From positions 1 to 60,659 of the forward strand of contig CAZEEJ010000005.1 of the NCBI GenBank assembly GCA_964511155.1: a DNA stretch of 60,659 nt, in the 5' to 3' direction. This document shows positions 1 to 8,509 of the stretch, in pieces. The stretch is from an uncultured Planctomycetales bacterium. Its GTDB lineage: Bacteria; Planctomycetota; Phycisphaerae; UBA1845; PWPN01. The notes below the pieces were generated by a model. That model had not been told where the DNA came from. It worked only from the letters and a program-made list of their open reading frames with translations, and ran no database searches. Position 1 is the first letter of the stretch. Each line of letters opens with the position of its first letter. Both the position numbers and the translations under genes were made by a program.

Positions 1-444
1 CTGCTGGCACTGGTGCTGCTGGCCCCGGTGCCGGAGACGCCCGGGGCCTGGCAACAGCAGGCGGACACCATTCACCGGGCCTACCTCTGGGTGATCGTCC
101 CGGGGCTGTGGGCGGCGATGCTGGCCGGGGTGATCCTGCTGCTGTCGATCTGGAGGACCCTGCTGCGCATGCGCTGGTTCGTGGTCAAGATGGTCCTGGT
201 GGCCGTGTGCGTGCCCACGCTGCACCTGTACATGCGGGATCGGTCACTCACCCTGCAAGCCCTGGTCGTGCGAGGGGAGGATGCGGCGGCACGCGGCGCT
301 CGACGCGAGTTGTGCTGGGGGATGGGGGCCTCGGTCGCGTTCGGCCTGGCCGCTACCTGGCTCGGTCGGGTCAAGCCGCGGCTGGGACAGGATTTCGGGC
401 GGACGTTCGGGGAGCGGGGATCGGGGGTCGGGGGTCGGGGATAA
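1..444 (+). CDS. Integral membrane protein, C-terminal part; ORF is open to the left window edge
   Basis: The frame of the listed 13..444 ORF has no stop back to nt 1 (CTG CTG GCA CTG precede the GTG). Hydrophobic helices: VIVPGLWAAMLAGVILLLSIW, VVKMVLVAVCVPTL, GASVAFGLAATWL. TAA at 442-444. No family recognised. Confidence 0.5.
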   Translation: MLALVLLAPVPETPGAWQQQADTIHRAYLWVIVPGLWAAMLAGVILLLSIWRTLLRMRWFVVKMVLVAVCVPTLHLYMRDRSLTLQALVVRGEDAAARGARRELCWGMGASVAFGLAATWLGRVKPRLGQDFGRTFGERGSGVGGRG

Positions 445-460
445 GCCGACACACGAACGA

Positions 461-500
461 GCCGGGGACGCAAGTCCGAGCCGGGGACGCAAGTCCCCGG
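461..500. repeat. Family A GC hairpin repeat: GCCGGGGACGCAAGTCC twice in tandem (461-477, 480-496); the second completes the hairpin CCGGGGAC-GCAA-GTCCCCGG (481-500)
   Basis: Read directly. An inverted third copy lies at 641-660. Confidence 0.8.
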
Positions 501-562
501 GTAGCATCAGGGCTCGGGGAATACCAAAGCTTGCACGCGGTCGTGCGAAGCCGCGAGCGGCG

Positions 563-590
563 GTGTGCCACTGCTCTTTGAGCAGTGCGG
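563..590. repeat. Family B palindromic repeat GTGTGCCACTGCTCTTTGAGCAGTGCGG
   Basis: Palindrome CACTGCTC/GAGCAGTG. Near-identical copies at 4422-4449 and (doubled) 33932-33971. Confidence 0.8.
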
Positions 591-640
591 ATCGCGTGCG
601 GGTTCCCGCGTGTCCCCCAATTCCGGGTCCCCGCTCTCAC

Positions 641-660
641 CCGGGGACTTGCGTCCCCGG
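641..660. repeat. Family A hairpin CCGGGGAC-TTGC-GTCCCCGG, 14 nt downstream of the spmB-like stop
   Basis: Reverse complement of the 481-500 copy. No T-tract follows on the minus strand, so it is not called a classical intrinsic terminator. Confidence 0.7.
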
Positions 661-674
661 CTCGCGGAGCCCGC

Positions 675-1238
675 TCAGAGTTCGCGGAAGAACAGGCTGG
701 CGAAGAAGAGAGCGGCGATTATGCCAACCAGGTCGGCCAGCAGGCCGGCCCAGAGGGCGTGGCGGATCTTGCGGATGCTGACGGAGCCGAAGTACACGGT
801 CAGAATGTAGAACGTCGTCTCCGTGCTGCCCTGGATCACGCTGGCGGCGTAGCCGATGAAGCTGTCCACGCCGTGCTGTCCAAACAGGTCGAGCATCACG
901 CCGCGGGCTCCGCTGCCTGAGAGCGGGCGAATGAGCGCCAGCGGCAGCAGTTCGAGCTTGTCGCCGTGGTGGCCGAGGCCCACGAGGGCCAGCCCCCAGT
1001 TCAGCCCGGTTTTCAGGTCATCGAGGGCCCCGCTGGCCCGGAAGACCGCGATCACCGACAGGATGGCCACCAGGTAGGGGATGATCATGACCGCGATGCT
1101 GAAGCCTTCCTTGGCCCCGGTGACGAAGGATTCGTACATCGGCACCCGGCGGGCCCAGGCGGCGAGGATGATCACCAGGAAGATCGCGGGCACCGCCCAC
1201 TGGCTGACGACTTGAGTGACGTTGAGGAATGCGTCCAT
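675..1238 (-). CDS. spmB: Nucleoside-recognition-domain membrane protein, SpmB-like
   Basis: C-terminal 187 aa of the listed 675..1739 ORF, starting MDAFLNVTQVVSQWAVPAIFLVIIL. ATG at 1236-1238 overlaps the upstream stop (ATGA). The upstream 167 aa of the listed ORF are R/H/G-rich and overlap spmA. Polytopic membrane profile typical of SpmB. Confidence 0.85.
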   Translation of the reverse strand: MDAFLNVTQVVSQWAVPAIFLVIILAAWARRVPMYESFVTGAKEGFSIAVMIIPYLVAILSVIAVFRASGALDDLKTGLNWGLALVGLGHHGDKLELLPLALIRPLSGSGARGVMLDLFGQHGVDSFIGYAASVIQGSTETTFYILTVYFGSVSIRKIRHALWAGLLADLVGIIAALFFASLFFREL

Positions 1239-2026
1239 CAGGCCACCTCCTGACCCGTGGAGAGGGCGGCATCGGCGACTGGGGACTCGGCCGAAGTCGG
1301 CGGACCGGAGACGGGATAGAACCGTTGGAGGAACCGACAGGCGGCGATACCCGCGATCGTGCTGCATGCCGTCGCACAGATCATGGCCATGATGGGAGCG
1401 GCCGGGTCGGCGCTCCCCATGGAGGCCCGGTACCCGATGATGGTGAACGGGATGAGGGTGATGCTGCTGGTGTTGATGGCCAGGAACATGGCCATGCTGT
1501 TGGTGGCGGTATCGGGTACGGGGTTGAGCTTCTGGAGTTCCTGCATGGCCTTGAGCCCCAATGGGGTAGCGGCGTTGTCGAGACCGAGAATGTTGGCGGC
1601 CATGTTCATGACGATCGCCCCGCCGGCAGGGTGATCTTTCGGAATGTCCGGGAACAGCCAGCGAAGTATGGGCCGCAACATCCGAGCGAGGATCGCGACG
1701 AGACCGGCGTCCTCCGCCACCTTCATGAAACCGAGCCACAGGGCCATCACGCCGATCAGCGCGATGCAGATCTCGACGCTGAGCTTGGCCGCGTCGAGGC
1801 CCGTGGTGGTGAGCTTGCGGCCCATGTCGGTGAGGATCTCCGATCGGCTGGGCGGCGCGACCGGGGCGGCGGCCTCATCCGCCGCCGAGCCGTCGTGGGC
1901 GGCGGCCGGCGCGGTGGCGGCCGGCGCGGTGGCCGTGGGCGACTCGGGCGGGCTCCCGAACATCGCCTTGCCGAAGCCGTACAGCAAGCCGATCAACAGC
2001 AGGGCGAACCAGACCTTGTTCAACAT
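1238..2026 (-). CDS. spmA: Nucleoside-recognition-domain membrane protein, SpmA-like
   Basis: Starts MLNKVWFALLLIGLLYG (ATG at 2024-2026), trimmed from the listed 1238..2068 ORF. Polytopic. Translationally coupled to spmB. Confidence 0.8.
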   Translation of the reverse strand: MLNKVWFALLLIGLLYGFGKAMFGSPPESPTATAPAATAPAAAHDGSAADEAAAPVAPPSRSEILTDMGRKLTTTGLDAAKLSVEICIALIGVMALWLGFMKVAEDAGLVAILARMLRPILRWLFPDIPKDHPAGGAIVMNMAANILGLDNAATPLGLKAMQELQKLNPVPDTATNSMAMFLAINTSSITLIPFTIIGYRASMGSADPAAPIMAMICATACSTIAGIAACRFLQRFYPVSGPPTSAESPVADAALSTGQEVA

Positions 2027-2158
2027 GGCGGGCACTCCGTGACGCGTCGAACTGAGGGCGAGTTCCACACTTCGCCTCGCGAGGCATGGTACCCGCGGCC
2101 GGGCCGTGGTTCACGCCGCCGCGATCTCTGGTTACAATGCCGCCCGCGACGGTTCAAG

Positions 2159-2220
2159 CAGAGCCGCGACCGTAAGGGAGCGGAGATCCCAGGAACCGCT
2201 CCCTTACGGTCGCGGCTCTG
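2159..2220. repeat. Family E long hairpin: perfect 25-bp stem (CAGAGCCGCGACCGTAAGGGAGCGG / CCGCTCCCTTACGGTCGCGGCTCTG) with a 12-nt loop
   Basis: Read directly. A second family member is at 54428-54495. Confidence 0.85.
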
Positions 2221-2319
2221 CCGGGAGGCGCGGCTCTACAGGGATACATGGCTCTGCTCAGCGGACCTGGAGCGACTGTGGAGCCCGGAAGTCACAACCT
2301 GTGTAGAAAGGGCAAGACA

Positions 2320-3579
2320 ATGAGCAAGCGTTGGACACCTGCCGTGATGGTGATCTTGATGGCCGCCGGGCTGTTGTGCGTATACCTGCCGGGCCGGCCG
2401 GCGGAAGCTGCCGACTGCGGCCTGCGGAACGCTTCCGGGCCGCCGGCGGAGGTGCTCTGCGGTATCGACATTCTCCAACGCGACAACTACAAGCTGCTCG
2501 AGGGCCAGCGCGTCGCGCTCATCACCAACCACACCGGCCGCGACCGTGACGGCAACCGGCTGGTCGACTTGCTGGTCAAGGCCCCCAACGTCCAGGTCGT
2601 CAAGCTGTTCTCGCCGGAGCACGGCCTGTACGGCACACTCGATCAACACGTGAGCGATACGGTGGACGAAGCGACCCGGCTCAAGGTCTACAGCCTCTAC
2701 GGCCAGACCCGCCGACCGTCGCCCGAAATGCTCGAAGGGGTCGACACCATCGTCTTCGACATCCAGGACATCGGTGCCCGTTTTTATACCTACGTCGCGA
2801 CCCTGGGCTTTGCGATGGAGGAGGCGGCCAAACACAAGATCCGCGTCGTGGTGCTCGATCGCCCCAATCCGATCACCGGCCTGGCGGTCGACGGCCCCAT
2901 CAACGACCGAACGGAGCGACTCTTCACCGGGTACGGGCCGCTGCCGGTCATGCACGGCATGACCGTCGGCGAACTCGCGCACATGTTCAACAAGGAATAC
3001 GCGATCAACTGCGATCTGAAGGTCGTGCAGGTCGAAGGCTGGCGGCGGGCGATGTGGTGGGATGAGACGGGCCTCACGTGGGTCAACCCCTCGCCGAACA
3101 TGCGCAACCTGACGCAGGCGACGCTCTACCCGGCCGTCGGGCTGATCGAGGCGACCAACGTCTCTGTCGGCCGCGGGACGGATCAGCCGTTCGAGCTGCT
3201 CGGGGCACCGTGGATCGACGGACGGAAGCTGTCGGCCCTGCTGAACGCGGTCGAGCTGCCCGGCCTGCGCTTCGTGCCCATCGAGTTCACCCCCACGGCA
3301 ACCAAGTTCGCCAAGCAGGCCTGCCAGGGCGTCTACATCATCGTCACCGACCGCAACGCCCTCCAGACGGTGCGCAGCGGCTTGACGATCGGCTGGGCTT
3401 TGAAGACCCTGTTCGGGGAGAAGTTCGAGGTCGACAAGATCGACAACCTACTGCTCAACAAGCAGGCGCTGCGCATGGTCAAGACCACCGAGCGGCCGGA
3501 GACCCTGCCCGAACTGTGGCGGGAGCCGCTCGCGGCGTTCAAGAAGATGCGGGCGAACTACCTGATTTACCCGGAATGA
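2320..3579 (+). CDS. DUF1343 family protein (NamZ/YbbC-like exo-beta-N-acetylmuramidase) with N-terminal signal/anchor
   Basis: Starts MSKRWTPAVMVILMAAGLLCVYL (ATG 2320). Family-typical blocks: VALITNHTGRDRDGN, LFSPEHGL, VFDIQDIGARFYTYV, LDRPNP, WVNPSPNM. Confidence 0.85.
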   Translation: MSKRWTPAVMVILMAAGLLCVYLPGRPAEAADCGLRNASGPPAEVLCGIDILQRDNYKLLEGQRVALITNHTGRDRDGNRLVDLLVKAPNVQVVKLFSPEHGLYGTLDQHVSDTVDEATRLKVYSLYGQTRRPSPEMLEGVDTIVFDIQDIGARFYTYVATLGFAMEEAAKHKIRVVVLDRPNPITGLAVDGPINDRTERLFTGYGPLPVMHGMTVGELAHMFNKEYAINCDLKVVQVEGWRRAMWWDETGLTWVNPSPNMRNLTQATLYPAVGLIEATNVSVGRGTDQPFELLGAPWIDGRKLSALLNAVELPGLRFVPIEFTPTATKFAKQACQGVYIIVTDRNALQTVRSGLTIGWALKTLFGEKFEVDKIDNLLLNKQALRMVKTTERPETLPELWREPLAAFKKMRANYLIYPE

Positions 3580-3646
3580 GGTCCGGCCTGACGTCTGTCA
3601 GTGCCGGGAGTGAGGAATCGAGAAGTGCGAATGGAGATGGTCATCG

Positions 3647-4396
3647 ATGCATAAGGTTGTATTGCTGCGGCACGGGGAGAGCGACTGGAACAAGCAGAAC
3701 CGGTTCACGGGCTGGACCGACGTAGACCTGTCCGAAACGGGGGTCAAGGAGGCCCACGAGGCCGGGCGGGTGCTCCTCAAAGAGGGCTTCACGTTCGACG
3801 TGGCCTATACCTCGGTCCTCAAACGGGCCATCCGCACGCTGTGGATCACGCTGGACGACATGGACCTGATGTGGATTCCCGTCCACCGTTCGTGGCGGCT
3901 CAACGAGCGGCACTACGGCGCCCTGCAGGGGCTCAACAAGGCGGAGACGGCGGCGAAGTTCGGCGAGGACCAGGTACTCGTCTGGCGACGATCCTACGAC
4001 ACCCCCCCGCCGGTGCTGGAACCGACCGACGAACGCTATCCGGGCAAGGATCCGCGCTACGCCGATCTGACCGAGGGAGCGTTGCCGTTGACCGAGTGCC
4101 TCAAGGACACCGTCGAGCGGTTCCTGCCGTACTGGCACGATGTGATTGCCCCGACGATCAAGCTGGGCAAGCGGGTGCTGATCGCGGCCCACGGCAACAG
4201 CCTGCGCGCCCTGGTCAAGTACCTCGACAAGGTGAGCGACGAGGCGATCGTGGGGCTGAACATCCCGACGGGCATGCCGCTGGTGTACGAGTTGGACGCG
4301 GCCCTCAAGCCGATCCGCAACTACTACCTGGGCGACCCGGCGAAGGTGCAGGCCGCCATGGCCGCCGTCGCCGCCCAGGGCAAGGCGGGCAAGTAG
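3647..4396 (+). CDS. gpmA: 2,3-bisphosphoglycerate-dependent phosphoglycerate mutase
   Basis: [28 protein letters not shown] (RHGE catalytic motif), [17 protein letters not shown]. Full length of 249 aa. Confidence 0.95.
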   Translation: MHKVVLLRHGESDWNKQNRFTGWTDVDLSETGVKEAHEAGRVLLKEGFTFDVAYTSVLKRAIRTLWITLDDMDLMWIPVHRSWRLNERHYGALQGLNKAETAAKFGEDQVLVWRRSYDTPPPVLEPTDERYPGKDPRYADLTEGALPLTECLKDTVERFLPYWHDVIAPTIKLGKRVLIAAHGNSLRALVKYLDKVSDEAIVGLNIPTGMPLVYELDAALKPIRNYYLGDPAKVQAAMAAVAAQGKAGK

Positions 4397-4421
4397 TATG
4401 ACAGCCGGGGTGGCCGGTACT

Positions 4422-4554
4422 GTGTGCCACTGCTCTCCGAGCAGTGCGGTGTGGCACCGGCGTCCCGCCGGTGCGGGCGGTGGTGATACGCCGGCCGCCA
4501 CAGGGGGCGGCCGCTACAGGTGTGGCACCGGCGTCTCGCCGGTGCGGGCGGTGG
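4422..4554. repeat. Composite repeat cluster: family B copy (4422-4449), then two direct copies of the family C palindrome GTGTGGCACCGGCGTC(C/T)CGCCGGTGCGGGCGGTGG (4449-4483, 4519-4554), flanking a family D segment (..GGGGCGGCCGCTAC..)
   Basis: Read directly. C contains the hairpin CACCGGCG-NNN-CGCCGGTG. Fills the spacer between convergent gpmA and the deacetylase gene. C/D modules recur at 31309-31418, 34062-34088 and 53713-53795. Confidence 0.85.
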
Positions 4555-4568
4555 CGACACTCCGACCT

Positions 4569-5447
4569 TCACTTCTCGTTGTTGGTCTGTGGGTTCTCCA
4601 ATTCCGCGATGGCGTCGCGCAGGGTACCGAAGCGGTACTTGCCGAGCAGGTAGCGCAGCTTGGTGATGGTGTGCGCCCGTCCGACCTGCTGGTGGAAGTT
4701 GAAGAAGCGGAAATGAGCCCACTGCCGCCAGGAGAGGCCCGACAGCGGGTTGATTTGCGGGGCGAGTTCCGTTTCGTAGGGATGCAGGTAGATCACCGCC
4801 CCGATCCCCTCGGCATTGAGGCCGGCGACGGCCCGGTCGGTGATCCCCAGCGGCATCAGGCGAAAGTACCCCCCGCCGCAGACGGGCCAGCGGCGCCCCC
4901 ACTTGACCACCGTGCTCATCGGCACCTCCCAGAGCCAACGGCCGTCGGGCAGGTGCCGCTTGTACGGGGCCCGCGGCGCGGTCGGATCCCCGTAACGGCG
5001 GCCCTTGAACGGGTACACCGATGAATCGTAACGGAAGCCCAGATCCGCCAAGATGCCCAACGCCCAGGGGGTGGACGCGTTGATCGAGAACGCGGTAGCC
5101 CGGTAGGCGTCGGCGGGCACGCCGGCCACATCCTCGATCCGCTTGCGGGCGGCGTCGATCGACCGGCGGAACTCGTCGGCCGTCTGGCGGAACACCAGGT
5201 GGTGATAGTAGCCGTGCACGCCAAGGTGATGGCCCTGCCCGGCGACGCGCCGTACGAGGTCGGGGAAATGCTCGGCAATCTCGCCGAGAATGAAAAACGT
5301 CCCCCGCACGTCCAATTCGCTGAACAGGTCGAGCAGCCGGTCGGTGGCGCGCACCGCCTCCTCGTCCGGCGGAACGATCCGGTTCTGGAAGTCCAGGGCA
5401 AGCTGGTCGTGATAGTCTTCGACGTCGACGGAAAGGATATTCAACAT
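4569..5447 (-). CDS. Polysaccharide deacetylase, PEP-CTERM/XrtA-locus type (DUF3473-containing)
   Basis: MLNILSVDVEDYHDQ..., GTFFILGEIAE, GHHLGVHGYYHH, and a C-terminal block CGGGYFRLMP...YLHPYE, as in TIGR03006-type deacetylases. Start trimmed to the ATG at 5447. Confidence 0.85.
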   Translation of the reverse strand: MLNILSVDVEDYHDQLALDFQNRIVPPDEEAVRATDRLLDLFSELDVRGTFFILGEIAEHFPDLVRRVAGQGHHLGVHGYYHHLVFRQTADEFRRSIDAARKRIEDVAGVPADAYRATAFSINASTPWALGILADLGFRYDSSVYPFKGRRYGDPTAPRAPYKRHLPDGRWLWEVPMSTVVKWGRRWPVCGGGYFRLMPLGITDRAVAGLNAEGIGAVIYLHPYETELAPQINPLSGLSWRQWAHFRFFNFHQQVGRAHTITKLRYLLGKYRFGTLRDAIAELENPQTNNEK

Positions 5448-5478
5448 GGCCGACTTACAGCCCACCTGGCTGAGAGCT

Positions 5479-6510
5479 TTACGGCAGCGAACGACTGATC
5501 GCTGGTCCGACCCAGCGGGTCAGCCAGAGCGGTGCCCGTTTCCACATCTCAACCTTCTTGCGATATCTCGCGTTGTCCGGACTCAGGACGGAGAACTCAT
5601 GCCCCTCGCGACACCAGTACTGGTAGTGCAGTTGGACTTGCCGGGTCCCCCACTGCTTCTTGAACAGATACGGCGGGGTGTTGATCGTGGATCGCCCGAA
5701 GTCGAAACACGTGGCTCCGGCCGCGCAGTAGTGTTTGAGGGCCGCCCAGTACAACGCATGATTGGGAGACAGGTCGTTGTGCTCGATGCGAGTCACGCCC
5801 CAGCAGCTTTCAACCAGGCCGTTGTATGCGACGGCGAGCCGAACGGCCACAGCCACCTTGTTGAGGCGGGCCACGAAGAGTCTGCTGGTTTCGGCGAACG
5901 TCTCGACAATGTTACGCATCAACCGCTTGGAATAGCAGGGCGTCCCGAGCTGGTGCATGCGGATGGTATAGAGATCGTAGAACTCGTCCAGCAGCTCAAC
6001 GCCGCCGCTGATCGTCACGATGCCGGCCTTCTCCGCTTTGCGGATGTGGTTGCGAACCTTGGTGTCGGATTTGAACGAGCGCCACATCGCATCGGCGTCC
6101 GGCACCAGCGGCAAGCGCATGCAGACCTTGTCCGTCCGCAGTCGCAGATCGCCCGCCATCGGATCCATGTTGCGATACTCGATGGATTCGCAGTCCAGAG
6201 TCTTGGCGAGTTCCACCGCATGGCCATGCAGGGCCTGGAAGGTTTCATCATCCGCGACCAGCGGGCCGCCGTAGTTGGCGAACGCCTGAGCCACCAACTG
6301 GTTTCCGAAAAGACGACTCCGAACATGCGTCAGCGGCAGGACACCCCGAACCTCGTCCCCGGATCTGGCCACCAGATAGTACGCGCGATGGCCGAAGGTT
6401 CGCTGGATCATGTCCGCCCAGGCGTAGGTATGCGCAATCGTGGCGTCGGATCTGGACCGCAGAAAGGCATCCAGGTCGCCACGGGCGCTGTGGGCTTCAT
6501 CAATGGTCAT
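5479..6510 (-). CDS. FemAB-family (GNAT-fold) protein, PEP-CTERM-locus-associated type
   Basis: Starts MTIDEAHSARGDLDAFL; its ATG overlaps the upstream stop (ATGA at 6507-6510). Blocks HTYAWADMIQRTFGH, GVLPLTHVRS, VRNHIRKAEKAGI, LFKKQWG resemble the TIGR03019 family. Confidence 0.8.
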   Translation of the reverse strand: MTIDEAHSARGDLDAFLRSRSDATIAHTYAWADMIQRTFGHRAYYLVARSGDEVRGVLPLTHVRSRLFGNQLVAQAFANYGGPLVADDETFQALHGHAVELAKTLDCESIEYRNMDPMAGDLRLRTDKVCMRLPLVPDADAMWRSFKSDTKVRNHIRKAEKAGIVTISGGVELLDEFYDLYTIRMHQLGTPCYSKRLMRNIVETFAETSRLFVARLNKVAVAVRLAVAYNGLVESCWGVTRIEHNDLSPNHALYWAALKHYCAAGATCFDFGRSTINTPPYLFKKQWGTRQVQLHYQYWCREGHEFSVLSPDNARYRKKVEMWKRAPLWLTRWVGPAISRSLP

Positions 6511-7178
6511 GACAACACGCTCTCGTAAATACAGCACCGGGCGCGGACCAGGTCCAGTTCCTTTTTTTTGATCAGCCAGTCACAAGCCTGCAGGAGATGC
6601 TCACATTCAGGTCGATAGTAGATGATCGTGATCTTTCGGGGCCTGCGGCGGAAGGATCTTTCGATCTGCTGGACCACCCGCGAGAAGACCTCGTCGCCAA
6701 ACGGGTTGAAAAAGTAAATCACGGTGGATTCGTCGGGGGTCTCGAACGCTCCCGCATCCGCCTGGAGCACATGCACGTCCTTGCAGATCAGTCGCTCGCG
6801 CACACGATCCAGATTCTGCCGGGCCTCCGCCACGAGTTTACCGGAATACTCAACGCCGATCACCTGCTTGAACGGATAGCGGGCGGCGAGTACCACAACG
6901 CGCCCGCGCCCGCAGCCGTAATCCAGGAACACGTCCTCGTGCTCCTGGAGGTTCACTTGCCTGACGATGCGTCGAAAGCTGCCGTAATCGGTCGTGATAC
7001 TGAACGTCTCGCGCTCGCCGAAGCCGAAGCTCCTGAAGCCCGGGCCAAAGGTCCTGATCCCTGTTCTCCACTCGTGATAGGGCTCGAGCAGCAACGAACC
7101 GGCAAAACGCAAGGTGCGCCACAATCCCTCGCTACGGACGCGCCGGCAGATTCTCAATAGTGCGTACGGCATCTTCAT
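6507..7178 (-). CDS. Class I SAM-dependent methyltransferase
   Basis: Motif I VFLDYGCGRGRVVV, motif post-I GVEYS, acidic LQADA. Confidence 0.8.
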   Translation of the reverse strand: MKMPYALLRICRRVRSEGLWRTLRFAGSLLLEPYHEWRTGIRTFGPGFRSFGFGERETFSITTDYGSFRRIVRQVNLQEHEDVFLDYGCGRGRVVVLAARYPFKQVIGVEYSGKLVAEARQNLDRVRERLICKDVHVLQADAGAFETPDESTVIYFFNPFGDEVFSRVVQQIERSFRRRPRKITIIYYRPECEHLLQACDWLIKKKELDLVRARCCIYESVLS

Positions 7179-7209
7179 GGGTACTGCTCCCGCATGGCGT
7201 CGTCGGCGG

Positions 7210-8505
7210 TCAGACGATGTCGCGGCCGGGGAATGGATGAGCCATGATCTCGTCCAGCCACCTTTCGACGATCTGTCGCCAGCCCATTTCCCGGTGAATG
7301 AACTCGAGCCCGCGGCTTCCCAGTCGCTCCGCCTCCTGCTCGTCGTCGGTAAGGCGAATGATGGCGTCGGCCAGGCTTTGGGGGTCTTCAGGAGGGGTCA
7401 CAATGGCACACCCGCGATCCCGCACGATGTCTCCCGACTCGCACTCTCCGGAAAAGATGACGGGTTTGCGGCAGGCGAGCGCGGGGAACGTCTTGGCCAC
7501 GCGCAGCATCTTGTGGACCGGGGTGTCGCTCAGCGTGACCAACGCTGCCCGGGCGATGGAAAGGAGCGCCGGCAACTCCTGGTGAGCAAATGACGATTCG
7601 CCGAACACGATATTCTTCAAGCCCAAAGCGCCGGCCAAGTCAATGCTGGATTGCCGCTCGGGCCCGCCGCCCACCACCAGGAGGCGGATATCGTCCCGGT
7701 CGCGGAGCAGCTCGGCGGCCCGCACCATCACGTGCGGAGCGTGGGCCTTGCCCAGCGTGCCCGCGTAAACGAACACGATCTTGCCTTCCACACCATACCT
7801 GCGAGCCACTGCGGGGTCCGGCGGACGGAAACCCAGAATGCGGGTGTCCGCTCCGTTCGGCAGCATGGTGATTTTCGCACGCGGGATGCCTCGTTCACGG
7901 TGGAAATGCTCGCGAAAGCGGAACGTCACCGTGCTGACGCTGTGGGCGCTGCGCATGACGGTGTTCTCGAACGCAGCGGCCAAGCCGAGGATCAACTCGT
8001 TCCGCAGCCACATCTCGCGGGCCGCCTGGATCTGCATATCGGGAATGTTATAGATATACGGCACCCGCCAGATGATTCTGGCGAGCAAACCGAGCAGGCC
8101 CACGGGCAGCGGGAACGATTCGATGAACAGGACGTCAGGACGCCGGAGCCTGAACATGTTGATCAGCCCGCTGGCGGTAAAGCTGCAGAAGTTCCAGATC
8201 CGCAGCAGCTTGCGATAGCCCATGTACGGATAGACCCACGTGCGATGCACCGTGATGTCGTCTATGACCTCACGATCGGTCCACTTACCCCGGTATTCTT
8301 CCGGGATAACGCCCGTCGGGTAGTACGGCATGCCGGTGAACACCTCGACGTGCAGACCCAGATCCCGCAAGATGCCGGCGAGTATGCCGAGCCGGACCTG
8401 GGCCGCCCCTCTCTCGGGCGCGTAGTTCTGGGTCACGATGAGCCAGCGTCGGGGTAACCCCGGAGGCAGCTTCCATGCGTTGGTCTTCCTCGCGGCCTCT
8501 TTCAT
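7210..8505 (-). CDS. Glycosyltransferase, GT4-like (GT-B fold)
   Basis: Starts MKEAARK...RRWLIVTQNYAPERGAAQVRLG (ATG 8505, 4 nt after the upstream stop). C-terminal FVYAGTLGKAH...ALVTLSD...FPALACRKPVIF. The listed ORF extends 64 aa further, into the upstream gene. Confidence 0.85.
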   Translation of the reverse strand: MKEAARKTNAWKLPPGLPRRWLIVTQNYAPERGAAQVRLGILAGILRDLGLHVEVFTGMPYYPTGVIPEEYRGKWTDREVIDDITVHRTWVYPYMGYRKLLRIWNFCSFTASGLINMFRLRRPDVLFIESFPLPVGLLGLLARIIWRVPYIYNIPDMQIQAAREMWLRNELILGLAAAFENTVMRSAHSVSTVTFRFREHFHRERGIPRAKITMLPNGADTRILGFRPPDPAVARRYGVEGKIVFVYAGTLGKAHAPHVMVRAAELLRDRDDIRLLVVGGGPERQSSIDLAGALGLKNIVFGESSFAHQELPALLSIARAALVTLSDTPVHKMLRVAKTFPALACRKPVIFSGECESGDIVRDRGCAIVTPPEDPQSLADAIIRLTDDEQEAERLGSRGLEFIHREMGWRQIVERWLDEIMAHPFPGRDIV

Positions 8506-8509
8506 CCTG

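Noticed and set aside
423-440. G-run GGGGTCGGGGGTCGGGG as a regulatory G-quadruplex
   Set aside because: It lies within the last codons of the left-edge CDS (GSGVGGRG). It has only three to four short G-tracts and no independent support.
675-1739. N-terminal extensions of listed ORFs (675..1739, 7210..8697, 15871..17034, 17510..18994, 21328..22560, 26017..29955, 30507..31418, 39291..39866)
   Set aside because: The longest-ORF starts run into the upstream gene or into repeat DNA and add Arg/His/Gly-rich sequence. In each case an internal ATG gives a canonical family N-terminus and usually a coupled overlap with the upstream stop. Starts were trimmed accordingly.
2145-2165. tRNA-like GGTTCAAGC (about 2151) and GGTTCAGTCC (about 50785) T-loop look-alikes
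   Set aside because: The flanking bases do not form a 5-bp T-stem, and no acceptor or anticodon arms can be drawn. The first is simply the edge of the family E hairpin.
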